Under the pieces are notes generated by a model that made no database searches, was not told the DNA's origin, and worked only from the letters and a program-made list of their open reading frames with translations. Position numbers and translations under genes: made by a program. Positions 38,223 to 48,278 of a stretch of 49,377 nucleotides of DNA are shown here, piece after piece. The DNA is from Lysobacterales bacterium. Lineage in GTDB: Bacteria; Pseudomonadota; Gammaproteobacteria; Xanthomonadales; SZUA-5. The number at the start of each line of letters is the position of its first letter. Position 1 is the stretch's first letter. The stretch is from contig JALHMH010000034.1 in assembly GCA_022844165.1 (NCBI GenBank), positions 1 through 49,377 of the forward strand. Direction: 5' to 3'.

Positions 38223-39166
38223 CGTTTTTCTCCTGGTACATCGTCGGCCTGTGGCGAGAAAATCAAGCGATTCGGCTCCTTGCGAATCTGCCGGCTGAAT
38301 TCGTCGAAATGCCGCGACGCCGATTCGAGGTTGTAGGTGATCGCATCGATGCGCTGCGCCATCGCGTCCAGCGTTGTGCGCAGATCGCCCAAGCTGGCTT
38401 CGATATCCGGGCGGCTCTGGCGGACTGTTTCATCCAGTTGCTTGAGGATGCCGTCGAGCTGCGCGCGAGTCGTCGAGAGATCGCCGGTGAGTTGGCGGAC
38501 GTTGCCGGCGGCGACGCTCGACTGCGACAACAACTCGTCGATATGGCCGCGGTTCGCCGGGCTCAAAATCTTGTTCAACGATTCTGCGCCGAGGTTGAGC
38601 CGCTTCACCAATTCCACGGCTTCGTCGACCAATAACGGCGTGCCCTCTTCGAATTTTCCGCCGATAGCGTCGAGACGTTGCCCCAGGCGCTCAACGATGG
38701 GCGTCAGTTTATCCCGGGTCAGTGAAGTGACCTCGCCAGCGAGTTCGCCCACGGCGCCGAATAAATCGGCTGCTTCGCGTCCCTGTATCTCCGCGCCCGC
38801 CGCGAGCAAAGTGGGCGACTCGCCTTCGCGAATCGAAATGAACACGTCGGACAACAAACCGCTGGACATCAGCTGGGCGATTGAGTCATCGGGGATTTGC
38901 CAGCCACTCTGCACCGAAAAATCGACGCGAAAGCGCGTTTCGCCCGCATCGCGTTCTGGCGTAATTTCCTCGATCTGGCCGATACGATAACCTTGGTAAA
39001 ACACCGGTGTGCCAAACGCCAGTCCGGCAACATTGCGGTATCGAACCTGATACGCGTCGATCGGGCCTGAGCGTCCTGTGATGACGAACAGTGCCGCAAT
39101 CAGCATGACTAAGGCGGTCAAGGCCACCAGGCCAGTCAAGAAGTAGTTGACGTTTTCGCGTTTCAA
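38219..39166 (-). CDS. MlaD/MCE family protein
   Basis: N-terminal TM; NVAGLAFGTPVFYQGYRIG MCE motif; helical tail ending EPNRLI. Confidence 0.9.
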   Translation of the reverse strand: MKRENVNYFLTGLVALTALVMLIAALFVITGRSGPIDAYQVRYRNVAGLAFGTPVFYQGYRIGQIEEITPERDAGETRFRVDFSVQSGWQIPDDSIAQLMSSGLLSDVFISIREGESPTLLAAGAEIQGREAADLFGAVGELAGEVTSLTRDKLTPIVERLGQRLDAIGGKFEEGTPLLVDEAVELVKRLNLGAESLNKILSPANRGHIDELLSQSSVAAGNVRQLTGDLSTTRAQLDGILKQLDETVRQSRPDIEASLGDLRTTLDAMAQRIDAITYNLESASRHFDEFSRQIRKEPNRLIFSPQADDVPGEKR

Positions 39167-39208
39167 GCGTGTGCCCTTGCGATCCCCAAGCCTGCCGATT
39201 CTGCCACG

Positions 39209-40018
39209 TCAGCGGTCCTCATCACTGCCGGTCAGTCGCGCAAGATACTCATCGACGTTGACCTCGACATGTCGGGGCCGACGATTTAACAGATCTTGAA
39301 TGCGTTGATTCGGGTTACTTTTGACCTCATCGACGGTACCCGTCAGCATCACTTTGCCCTGATCCAGCACGGTGATTTTGTCGGCGATCTTGAACGCGCT
39401 ATCCAACTCGTGCGTAACGACAACGATCGTCATGCGCATGGCGTCACGTAGTTTCAGGATCAGCTCGTCGAGTTCGGCAGATACCACTGGATCGAGGCCC
39501 GCGGACGGCTCGTCGAAGAACAACAGCTGCGGGTCCATCACAATGGCCCGCGCCAGCGCGGCACGTTTGATCATGCCGCCCGAAAGTTGGCTAGGCATCA
39601 GATCCTGAAAACCGCCCAGATTGACGACCTCAAGTTTCAAGCGCGACATGATGCGGATGGTGTTTTCGTCGAGCTTGAAATGCTCACGCAGCGGGAGCGC
39701 TACGTTTTCGCCGACTGACATCGACGTAAACAGCGCGCCGCCTTGAAAACTCACGCCCATTTCGCGTTTGAACTGCAAGAGCTCCAGCGCCGACAGTTTG
39801 TTGAGATCGCGGCCAAGGATGCGGATCGTACCTGATGCTGGCGTCAGCAAACCGAGCAAATGCCGCAGCAGCGTTGACTTCCCTGATCCCGATCCGCCCA
39901 TGATGACGCGAATTTCGCCCGGTTCGACGACAAAATCGACCTGATCGAGGATGCGTCGCTTACCAAAGTAAGTGACGAGCTTGTCAACTTCGATAATCGG
40001 GCCGGTGGTTTCGCTCAT
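39209..40018 (-). CDS. MlaF-family ABC ATP-binding protein
   Basis: GGSGSGKS; FQGGALFTS; LSGGMIKRAALARA; DEPSAGLDP. Confidence 0.9.
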   Translation of the reverse strand: MSETTGPIIEVDKLVTYFGKRRILDQVDFVVEPGEIRVIMGGSGSGKSTLLRHLLGLLTPASGTIRILGRDLNKLSALELLQFKREMGVSFQGGALFTSMSVGENVALPLREHFKLDENTIRIMSRLKLEVVNLGGFQDLMPSQLSGGMIKRAALARAIVMDPQLLFFDEPSAGLDPVVSAELDELILKLRDAMRMTIVVVTHELDSAFKIADKITVLDQGKVMLTGTVDEVKSNPNQRIQDLLNRRPRHVEVNVDEYLARLTGSDEDR

Positions 40019-40039
40019 TCGCGGAAGTCTACGGTGTTG

Positions 40040-40062
40040 GGCGGCCTGAGCGACAGGCCGCC
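40040..40062 (-). terminator. GC-rich hairpin directly after the MmgE/PrpD stop codon
   Basis: GGCGGCCTG-agcga-CAGGCCGCC perfect 9 bp stem; no clear U-tract. Confidence 0.35.
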
Positions 40063-40063
40063 G

Positions 40064-41422
40064 TTATGGGTTTAGGGCGTCCAGCAAAACGCTGGCATCG
40101 CGGGCCTCCTCGAAGTTGGCGATCAGCCGCCGAAGCTCTGCGCATGGCTTCTGTGGCCAGCGCGATGCCCAATTGCGCTCGAATTTTGCTGAATGTGCCG
40201 TCGGGCTCAGCGGGTTCGCCGGACTTCCCGGGGTGGCCACAACGGTCTCGGTGAGTTCGCGTCCGTCGCTTAGCCGCAGGGTTAACGTGATCGGACCTAA
40301 CGCGTTGGAATTGGTGTTGTCGTCGGCGACGACGGCGACACGCGCTGCGAGGGCATACCGCTCGGCATCGGCCAGCGCTGGCGCCTCAAAGTCCGCGATG
40401 CCGACCGTACCGTTTTTCAATACCGCCGCTGCGCACCAGGGGAAACACAACTTGGCGGTATTCGCCCGCATACCGGGCTGTGCCGGACGGTCGACCAATT
40501 GGCGAATCAGGGGTGGCGCAGCGAGGGAAATCGAATCGATCGCCGCGGCGTTGGCCTGCGTCATCAATGCCTGCAACGCGGCAATGCCGCCATGTGTGGC
40601 TCGCCCGCTGGGGAAGGGCTTGTGGGACACCTCGCCGATACGGAAATGCCGGCCCAGATCGATGCATGCCGAATGAAGATCGTGGTTACCCTCGAACAGC
40701 TCGAGATATCCAAATTCCCCCTCAAGCGCATGCCATGGTGCGTCCAGGCCGGCCATCGCAAGGTCGATAGCGACCATCGCGTTGCGTGCGTTATACCCAA
40801 TCTGCATCGGTAGGGCCGCTACACCCTCGCGATGTGCCTGCATCGTGCCGGACAACTGCCCGAGGCAAATGCCCAGCGCATTGCGAATGCCGGCGGTATC
40901 CAGGCCGTGCAGTCTGGCTAACGCTGCGGTCGCGCCCAGCGCGCCACATTGTGCAGGCCGGAAAAATTTGAGCGCCGAGCGCGAGGCCATACCCAGCGTG
41001 GCCGCAACATCCACAGCTGCGACCAGCGCCGTCAACAGATCCTCGCCGGAGCAGCCGCGCGTGTCGGCGTGTGCCAGCAGGCAAGCGCCGATCACCGCCA
41101 TCGGATGCACTACGGCGGGTTCGTGCACGCAGTCGAATTCCTGGCAGTGAATCAGCCAGGCATTGATCAGTGCCGCTGTGGGCGCCGGCCAGCGCTCGCC
41201 ACTACCGCCTATGAGTCGCGCCTCGCGGCCTCGCCCCCATCCCCGCGCAGCGCGAATGAGCGGTTTGGTGAATCCGCTTCGCCAACCGACCAAAGCGACG
41301 CCCAGTGTGTCTTCAAGAAAAGTCTTGGCGGCGGTTTGGGATTTGGTGTCGATCAATCGCCAGCGCAGCGTCGCGACGTGTTCGCATATCTGAGCAGTCG
41401 CGTCGTCGTTCAGTCGATGCAT
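40064..41422 (-). CDS. MmgE/PrpD family protein
   Basis: HCQEFDCVH..VHP; KPFPSGRATH; GSPANPL. Confidence 0.88.
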   Translation of the reverse strand: MHRLNDDATAQICEHVATLRWRLIDTKSQTAAKTFLEDTLGVALVGWRSGFTKPLIRAARGWGRGREARLIGGSGERWPAPTAALINAWLIHCQEFDCVHEPAVVHPMAVIGACLLAHADTRGCSGEDLLTALVAAVDVAATLGMASRSALKFFRPAQCGALGATAALARLHGLDTAGIRNALGICLGQLSGTMQAHREGVAALPMQIGYNARNAMVAIDLAMAGLDAPWHALEGEFGYLELFEGNHDLHSACIDLGRHFRIGEVSHKPFPSGRATHGGIAALQALMTQANAAAIDSISLAAPPLIRQLVDRPAQPGMRANTAKLCFPWCAAAVLKNGTVGIADFEAPALADAERYALAARVAVVADDNTNSNALGPITLTLRLSDGRELTETVVATPGSPANPLSPTAHSAKFERNWASRWPQKPCAELRRLIANFEEARDASVLLDALNP

Positions 41423-42747
41423 TGCAGCACCTCGCGGTAAAGTGTCGCGACCTTGGTATCGCCAGGCGCATGAAGAAGACGATCGATCAAGTTGCTGGCC
41501 GCGCGATCGGCAACGCCAGCATCGGTGATCAGCGTCGCCGCCTTCTCGATCAGCGCCGGCAGATCGAGCGGGTTCTGTGGATCGCCCAGCGCGTCGCTGA
41601 CGGTCGCGCCAAGTGCCTGGCCGTCCTGCAGCGTTACCTCGATTTCAGCGCCGTAGTGGTCCGGGTAATCGGCGGCGAAGCGTTGTCCAACGCCAACCGC
41701 CGTGATCTCACGCAGACGCTGCAAACGCGGATCGGCCAGGAACGGTTCCCTGAAGTGCAGCGCTTCGGGCCTGCCCAATGCGAGGACGACAGCCGCGCAG
41801 TGTTGCAGGCTGAACCTGGCTTCATTTTCGTTGCCCGGCCGAACACAATCGCAAAACCGGAGCGCGTCCTCGTAGGTGCCGATCCGGATGGTTGCGATGA
41901 GCATTGGGCTGCGCTGTGCAAGGGCACACCGAACTTCCAGCGCTGCATCGATGACGGCGTGCGCGTGACGACAGGCGGGCCACGGCTTAAAACTGACATC
42001 GTCGATCCACCAAGGCGCGTCTTCTGTGATTCGGTCTGGACGCGGCGCCGTGCATGTGGCGGCAAACAGCCCTTGCGGACCTTCCAGCAAAGCGAGCGGG
42101 CCGAGCACGCCAGCCTGCGCCCAATGCGCCGCAGCAACGCCGGATTCGGCCGCCAGCGCGTTGTGCCAGCTCTTGCCCATGCCACCATGTCGCACCTGCC
42201 ACAATCCCCCGGTTCGAGTCCCGGCCAACGCCAGCGCATGCGCTGTCCTGTCGCGATCCAAACCCAGCACCGATGCCGCTGCTGCGGCAGCGCCGAAGGC
42301 ACCGGCGGTCGACGTGGTATGGAAATACCGATAGTGCGCGGCGTCTAACGCGCGACCGACGCGAATGACTGCTTCGTAGCCGCGGGTCACGCCGTCCAGC
42401 AGCGTATCCAGCATGGCATCGGTTTGCAGCGCAACTGACAGCGCCGCCGGCACGACGATCGGGCCGGGATGCAGAATCGAGGTACGGTGCACGTCGTCCA
42501 TTTCCAGCACGTTGCCAAGCGCACCGTGCACACGCAAGGCTTCGTCGGTGCTCACCGTTGTACCCAACAAAGTGCGCTGCGTCACAGATGCCGGGGCCGT
42601 CCCCAGTGTCTGCAAACACTCGGCGAGCTTCGATCCGCGAGCGCCAATCGCGCATCCGAACCAATCCAGCAGGTGCCAGCGTGCGCGCGCACGCTGCGCC
42701 GAAGGATCGTGCTGCAGCCGGTCGGCGAGGAAAGTCAGCAGGCTCAT
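41410..42747 (-). CDS. MmgE/PrpD family protein
   Basis: NVLEMDDVH..LHPG; FHTTST.G; KPWPACRHAH; GDPQNPL. Confidence 0.9.
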   Translation of the reverse strand: MSLLTFLADRLQHDPSAQRARARWHLLDWFGCAIGARGSKLAECLQTLGTAPASVTQRTLLGTTVSTDEALRVHGALGNVLEMDDVHRTSILHPGPIVVPAALSVALQTDAMLDTLLDGVTRGYEAVIRVGRALDAAHYRYFHTTSTAGAFGAAAAAASVLGLDRDRTAHALALAGTRTGGLWQVRHGGMGKSWHNALAAESGVAAAHWAQAGVLGPLALLEGPQGLFAATCTAPRPDRITEDAPWWIDDVSFKPWPACRHAHAVIDAALEVRCALAQRSPMLIATIRIGTYEDALRFCDCVRPGNENEARFSLQHCAAVVLALGRPEALHFREPFLADPRLQRLREITAVGVGQRFAADYPDHYGAEIEVTLQDGQALGATVSDALGDPQNPLDLPALIEKAATLITDAGVADRAASNLIDRLLHAPGDTKVATLYREVLQCID

Positions 42748-42758
42748 GGCGTGGGAAA

Positions 42759-42770
42759 TTGTCCGGACAA
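42759..42770. promoter_or_regulatory. Probable GntR/HutC-family operator
   Basis: Perfect palindrome TTGTCCGGACAA in the 63 bp divergent intergenic region. Confidence 0.7.
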
Positions 42771-42810
42771 CCTATACTGCCAGCGATCCACCAGCGGTTT
42801 GTTGTTTTCG

Positions 42811-44028
42811 ATGCGCATCCTGCATAACGCCGACGATCTTGCGCGCTGGTTCAAACCTGGCATGGAAGTGTTTGTTGCCGGCTGCCTCGGCGAATCACCG
42901 CTGTTCATCGAATGGCTGAAGTCGCGCCCCGATCTGGCGCAAAACGTGCGCTTTACCGGCGTCTTTATTCCTGGCGTCAATCGCTTCGACTATGCCCAAT
43001 TACATCCGAGCGCTCGAATGCGCACCATCTTTGCATCATCTGACTGGGGCGGCGAAGGCACGGCCGCGCGCCACGAATGCCTGCCTCTGGCTTACCGCGA
43101 TGCGTTCGCGTGGTTGACGCGGCAGCGGTTCGACGTGGTGCTGGTGCAAGGAGCGCCATATCACCAGGGATTGAATCTCAGTGTGGCGGCGGATTTCACG
43201 CCAGCCGTTCTGGCCCGCGCCAGTGCGGTGCTGGTGCATCGGAATGCACAACTGCCAGTCACCGATGCGCCAGTTATTGCGAGCCCCGACGGTATTGTCG
43301 ATGCCGATGTCGCACTGGCCGAGTACGACGCAGGCCCGCTGAATGATGCGCTGCGCATGACCGCGCAGATGATCGCGCCGCGGATCAGGCCGCGCAGCAC
43401 GGTGCAATTGGGGCTGGGCAAAATGCAAGCGGCGCTGCTGGACGCCTTGCCTGCTGGTCACAATCTGCGTCTGCATTCGGGGATGGTATCGACGCCCTTG
43501 GTTGCCGCGTTGGCACGTGGCGTGTTCGCGTTGGACACCGATGCGCTGACCTGCGGCGTCGCGCTCGGCGAACGCTCGTTGCTCGCGAGCAGCGAACGAT
43601 TTGCGTTTCGATCGGTTGACTACACGCACGATCCACGCACGCTGGCGGCGATACCAAAGTTCGTTTCCGTCAACTCGGTGCTCGAAGTCGATCTCCAGGG
43701 TCAGGCAAACGCTGAATATGTCGACGGGCGAGCCGTTTCGGGTTGCGGTGGCCTCGTCGATTTTGTGCGTGGCGCGCGACTTTCGGGCGGCACGTCGATT
43801 TTGGCGCTGAGCGCGACAGCCAGGGGCGGTGCGTTGTCGCGTATCGTGCCGCGTCTCGCATCGCCGACAGTGAGCGTCTCCAGGCATGACGTGGATGTGG
43901 TTGTAACTGAGTACGGCATCGCAGAACTGACAGGCACCGCAGGCGACGAGCGGGCCGAGAGACTGATCGCGATCGCCGCGCCGGGGCACCGGGAATCGCT
44001 GCGCGCTGCGTGGCGGGCAAAAGGGTGA
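42811..44028 (+). CDS. Acetyl-CoA hydrolase/CoA-transferase family protein
   Basis: TVQLGLG; VSVNSVLEVDLQGQANAE; SGCGGLVDF.RGA; VVTEYGIAEL. Confidence 0.88.
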   Translation: MRILHNADDLARWFKPGMEVFVAGCLGESPLFIEWLKSRPDLAQNVRFTGVFIPGVNRFDYAQLHPSARMRTIFASSDWGGEGTAARHECLPLAYRDAFAWLTRQRFDVVLVQGAPYHQGLNLSVAADFTPAVLARASAVLVHRNAQLPVTDAPVIASPDGIVDADVALAEYDAGPLNDALRMTAQMIAPRIRPRSTVQLGLGKMQAALLDALPAGHNLRLHSGMVSTPLVAALARGVFALDTDALTCGVALGERSLLASSERFAFRSVDYTHDPRTLAAIPKFVSVNSVLEVDLQGQANAEYVDGRAVSGCGGLVDFVRGARLSGGTSILALSATARGGALSRIVPRLASPTVSVSRHDVDVVVTEYGIAELTGTAGDERAERLIAIAAPGHRESLRAAWRAKG

Positions 44029-44032
44029 ATGC

Positions 44033-44767
44033 ATGCAAGGTCCGCGTTACCAACAGGTCGCCAATACGCTGATCGATGAGATCAGGCGTGGTCGTTGGCC
44101 GGTGGGCGAGTTGCTGCCCACAGAGGTGGATTTATGCGAGCGCTTTGCCGTGTCCAGGCACACCGCGCGTGAGGCGCTCCGGCGTCTGCGTGAAGCCGGC
44201 ATGATCGAACGCCGCCAAGGTTCGGGAACGCGGGTGGCGGCGCTGGCCCCACGTGTGCCCTACGAACAACGCGTCAGCTCGATCGAAGAGTTGCTCCAGT
44301 ATGGGAAGGCGACCAGGCTCGACGTGACGCGCATCGAGCGTCGTGGCGCAGATGCAGCAACGGCGCAGTGGCTGGATTGCCAGCAAGGCGCGGCCATTAT
44401 TCGCTTGCACGGTCGCCGCACGGATCGCGCGACACAGGTGCTGTTGTGCGCGACCGATGTGTATCTGCTGGCGACCCCGGAAACCGTGAAACGCTACGGC
44501 GACACCCCAGCCCTGGCCCTGGCCACGATGTTGTCCGATCTGAACGTGTCGCGCCTGTCGCGCGTGGAGCAGAGTTTCGCGGCTGTGCCCATGCCCAAGG
44601 AAGCTGCTGGAGAATTGCATACGCGACCCGGCGCGCCGGCGCTGGCCGCGCTGCGGCGCTACTTCGACCGCAGCGGCAAACTCATCCTCGCTGCGCACAG
44701 CGTGCATCCGGGCAATACCTTCACCTTGTCGATGTCGCTGGGTCACGATGTGATTGCAGCTCGTTGA
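44033..44767 (+). CDS. GntR family regulator (HutC subfamily, UTRA domain)
   Basis: LPTE.DLCERFAVSRHTAREAL..RRQGSGT HTH; C-terminal UTRA-like domain. Confidence 0.9.
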   Translation: MQGPRYQQVANTLIDEIRRGRWPVGELLPTEVDLCERFAVSRHTAREALRRLREAGMIERRQGSGTRVAALAPRVPYEQRVSSIEELLQYGKATRLDVTRIERRGADAATAQWLDCQQGAAIIRLHGRRTDRATQVLLCATDVYLLATPETVKRYGDTPALALATMLSDLNVSRLSRVEQSFAAVPMPKEAAGELHTRPGAPALAALRRYFDRSGKLILAAHSVHPGNTFTLSMSLGHDVIAAR

Positions 44768-44776
44768 GCCTGCGGA

Positions 44777-46840
44777 TCAACGCCCCGGTCGCCAATCTAC
44801 AGTGAGAACCAAGTTGCGGCCCGGTTCATCGAGTCCGGTGCCGTGTTCGCGATAGCGTTTGTCCGCGAGGTTTGCTGCGCGCAGCGATACCGTGAAGCTG
44901 TTGCTGAATGTATAGGCTGCTCGCGCGCCGAGCGTTGCCCAACCGGCTGTACCGTCGGGGTTGATGCGCGGGTCGATGCGGTCGCGCGGACTTAATCGAT
45001 CCTGGCGTGTTGCGTAGTGGCTGTAGGCTTCCAGCGTCCACGGCCCGGTGCGCCACAAAGCGCCGAGTTTGCCGTACAGCGGCGGAATGCGGTCGGCTGC
45101 GAAGGTGTCGCCATCGAATTCTTCATCGCCGCGGGTGTAGGTTGCCGTCGCATAGGTTTCCACGCCCTCGCTGAAAAACCAGCGCAGGCCACCCTCGAAC
45201 CCCCAGAGATCGAGTTCTGTGACGTTTCGACTTTGCGTCACGAGGCGCCCGGTATCGGTGACGTCGCCCGTGAGAACGGCAGTGATCTTGTCCTGATAGC
45301 GCGAAACATAACCGATGAATTCCGCCTCGATTGCATCGCTGGCCCACTTGAAGCCAGCATCAATGGTGTCCACGGATTCCGATTCGAGGTCTGGGTTGGG
45401 AATGTTAAAGCGATTGCTTGGTCGGTCGCCGAAAGTGCCCAGATCGAACACATTCGGGGCGCGGAATCCGCGACCGTAGTTGCTGACAAAGTTCAGGGTG
45501 TCGGTCAGGCTGTACCGCACACCAAAATGACCCGACCAATCGCTCGGGCTGATGTCTACGCCGATCCCGCCGATGGTGGCAGGCAGCTCAACCTCGCTGC
45601 GGCTCCAGCGTAAACCGCCGTAAAAGTCCAGCACCTCGTTCGCCCGGAAGTCGTCAGCAATATAGACACTGACCGTGTCCATCGTCGAACCGTCCGGGAA
45701 TCGGCTTGGGCGCGCCGAGATCGCGCCCGTGGAGATATTCAGGCGCTGGCGAAAAGAGGAGATTTCGTCCTCGTAAAGTTCAACGCCGTAGGTGAGCAAA
45801 TGGTCACCAAGCGCCTTGCTCAGTTGCGCTCCCAGGCCAAAAAGCTCGCTGGAATTGCGCTCCTGCTCCTCGTTGTTGCTGCCAAAATCGCGGGAACGGC
45901 GATCGTCGGTGATCATCTGCCAGCCGAGCTGAAAAACGGCGGTGTCGAACGTCGGGACGTCGGCATCCCACTGCCATCTCACTTGCGCAAAGTCGCGCCC
46001 CTGTGGTTCAAAAAAGAACGTGGCTGAATTCGGGCGGGTTTGCCCAAAGCCCGGAACCAGTTCGTCGTGGCGCGGCGTCTTAGGTTGCTCCAATGTTTGG
46101 AACTGAAGCGTCAGCTCGCTGCGGTCGCCTACCTTGAATACGGCTTTGGCGTCGCCTGCGCGCGCAATGAAGGCCGTGAACGGCAGCTCCTCGCCGCCGC
46201 CAACCCGTAACTCGTTGACGTCTTGATACGTCACCCCGGCCGTGAACCACACGCGGTCGGTACCGCCGCGCGCAGCCAGGCGGGTTACCAGCGAGTCGTC
46301 CGCGCTGGCATACATGCCGCGCAGATGTCCCTCGCTCTCAAAAGCGCCATTGGTGAAACGGGCGGAAGGACTCAACAACTGCACGACGCCGCCCATTGCA
46401 TCGCTGCCGTACAGCGTGCCCGAAGGCCCGCGCACCACCTCGACGCGTTCGAGCATTTGCCCATCGACAAGGGCCATGTATTGATTGGGGGCATTGCGGA
46501 AAAACGCCGTATTCAGCCGGAAACCATCGACCAGATGCAGAACTTCAGAACCCTTTAAACCGCGGACGATCACCACTGCCTGTCCTGGCGTGGTTTGTTG
46601 CACAAATGTGCCGGGTTCGCCGTGCAGCAAGTCCATGGCGGTTTGCGCGGCGGCTGCGGACACCTGCTCCTGGCCAATGACGGTGACCGAGACCGGCACG
46701 TCGAACGTAGACTCGGCCCGCCGCGTTCCGGTTACCTGAATGCGGTCGAGCAGGCGCGCATCGCCTGGTGGGCCGGGTTGCGCCGTGGCGGTACCTGCCA
46801 GAGCCCACACGATTGCAAACCACAAAGCGCATTGGCGCAT
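44777..46840 (-). CDS. TonB-dependent receptor
   Basis: Signal peptide; IQVTGTR TonB box; ERVEVVRGP..LYGSDAMGGVV plug; NLADKRY..PGRN. Confidence 0.92.
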   Translation of the reverse strand: MRQCALWFAIVWALAGTATAQPGPPGDARLLDRIQVTGTRRAESTFDVPVSVTVIGQEQVSAAAAQTAMDLLHGEPGTFVQQTTPGQAVVIVRGLKGSEVLHLVDGFRLNTAFFRNAPNQYMALVDGQMLERVEVVRGPSGTLYGSDAMGGVVQLLSPSARFTNGAFESEGHLRGMYASADDSLVTRLAARGGTDRVWFTAGVTYQDVNELRVGGGEELPFTAFIARAGDAKAVFKVGDRSELTLQFQTLEQPKTPRHDELVPGFGQTRPNSATFFFEPQGRDFAQVRWQWDADVPTFDTAVFQLGWQMITDDRRSRDFGSNNEEQERNSSELFGLGAQLSKALGDHLLTYGVELYEDEISSFRQRLNISTGAISARPSRFPDGSTMDTVSVYIADDFRANEVLDFYGGLRWSRSEVELPATIGGIGVDISPSDWSGHFGVRYSLTDTLNFVSNYGRGFRAPNVFDLGTFGDRPSNRFNIPNPDLESESVDTIDAGFKWASDAIEAEFIGYVSRYQDKITAVLTGDVTDTGRLVTQSRNVTELDLWGFEGGLRWFFSEGVETYATATYTRGDEEFDGDTFAADRIPPLYGKLGALWRTGPWTLEAYSHYATRQDRLSPRDRIDPRINPDGTAGWATLGARAAYTFSNSFTVSLRAANLADKRYREHGTGLDEPGRNLVLTVDWRPGR

Positions 46841-46994
46841 TTGATTCAAACCCTTCGAAATCCCAGGCGCAGAATAGTTGGAAGTGGCGGCCAACGAATC
46901 CGTTCGAGGTCGGAGCCGCTCCAACTTGCGGTGGATGTGTCGCAGTGGTGGCGAATAGTGAATATTGCGGTGATCCTGGCCTGGTGCGAAAAAC

Positions 46995-48278
46995 ATGCGC
47001 GGTTTGAGGTGGCAACTGGCAATTTTCTATTTGCTGTTGAGCATTCCAGCCCTGCTGCTGATCGAGCACTCGATTGTTGCCTTTGAGTTTCAGCGCTGTG
47101 TCCGCGAGCTCGACGATGGGCGGGTGCAGCGCGTACTCGATCGTGAGGCCGACCAGATTTCGGCTGCGCAAATGCGCGGTATCCACCCGGACGATCTGCA
47201 AGATCGACTGGATCGCTTCGTTTTGCAGCTCGAGAGGCCACGCGAAAGCCTGGGCACAGAAGCGGCTTACGTGTTGCTGGAGCTGAGCGAGCACCCGTTC
47301 ACGGCAGAGCTGACCCGCGGGGATTCTGCTCTGCCAACCCCTGCCAGGGGCATCGTGCATCGCGTTTGGCAAGCGCAGGTTTCATCATCGGAAGTGTTGC
47401 GACTGCAATTGCAGGTGCCGTCGCCGTGGCACCATTTTGAGCGCGGGTTGAGCTTCGAGTGGCCTATCGCGGTGGCGTATTTGTTGCTGTTTCTGATCGG
47501 ATCGGCAACGTTCTTGCGCATCCGCGTACTGCGCCGGCTTGCCACCATCGGACTGGCCGCGAAGGCCTGGGCGCGCGGCGACTTCAGTCGCAGTCTGAGC
47601 GACTCCAGCGCCGATGAATTGGGCGAACTGGCGCGTGCGTTGAATCAGATGGCGCACGATCTCAAGGCGCAGTTTGTGACGCGTGCCCAACTGGCCGCTC
47701 TGGAAGAACGACGTCGCCTGGCACGCGACCTGCACGATACCGTGAAGCAGAAAATGTTTGCGCTTTCGCTGCAAATCGACGCGCAGCGTGCAGCGCCAAA
47801 TGCACGTACGCTCGACGAAGCGGTGTTGCTGGTTGGTGAGATTCAACGAGAGCTCTCGGATTTGCTGCGTGAACTTCGTGCTGACGCCGATCAGCGCGAC
47901 GACCTGGTTCCAGCGTTGCGCCAGCGTGGTGTCGATTTTGCGCGTCGCAGCGGTATCGCGCTTGAAGCAGATCTGCCCGAGAGCTGTCCTATGAGTCCGC
48001 GCGTCGCCGACGCGGTATTCCGCATCGTCGATGAGGCGTTGGCGAACATCTGGCGCCACGCGCAAACCGAGTTGGCGTGGTTGAAACTGGCCAGGCAAGC
48101 GGACGGCTGGTTGTTGACGGTGCGCGACGATGGCTGCGGTGGCGCGGCACCTAAGGCGCCGGGCATGGGTCTTGGCAATCTCCAGCAGCGCGCCAGCGCG
48201 ATCGGCGCGGTTTTGACCATCGCCAGCGTTGCAAATCAGGGCACCACGATTTCTCTGCTATGTCGAGATCAAACATGA
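46995..48278 (+). CDS. Sensor histidine kinase, HisKA_3 (NarX/LiaS-like) with HAMP domain
   Basis: Two TM helices; DELGELARALNQMA; EERRRLARDLHD; EALANIWRHA; DDG.G; GMGL. Confidence 0.9.
   Translation: MRGLRWQLAIFYLLLSIPALLLIEHSIVAFEFQRCVRELDDGRVQRVLDREADQISAAQMRGIHPDDLQDRLDRFVLQLERPRESLGTEAAYVLLELSEHPFTAELTRGDSALPTPARGIVHRVWQAQVSSSEVLRLQLQVPSPWHHFERGLSFEWPIAVAYLLLFLIGSATFLRIRVLRRLATIGLAAKAWARGDFSRSLSDSSADELGELARALNQMAHDLKAQFVTRAQLAALEERRRLARDLHDTVKQKMFALSLQIDAQRAAPNARTLDEAVLLVGEIQRELSDLLRELRADADQRDDLVPALRQRGVDFARRSGIALEADLPESCPMSPRVADAVFRIVDEALANIWRHAQTELAWLKLARQADGWLLTVRDDGCGGAAPKAPGMGLGNLQQRASAIGAVLTIASVANQGTTISLLCRDQT

Noticed and set aside
37612-38241. 287 aa ORF 37378-38241 as a single gene
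   Set aside because: Its upstream part overlaps the PqiC-like gene in another frame; only the last 77 codons from ATG 37611 look genuine.
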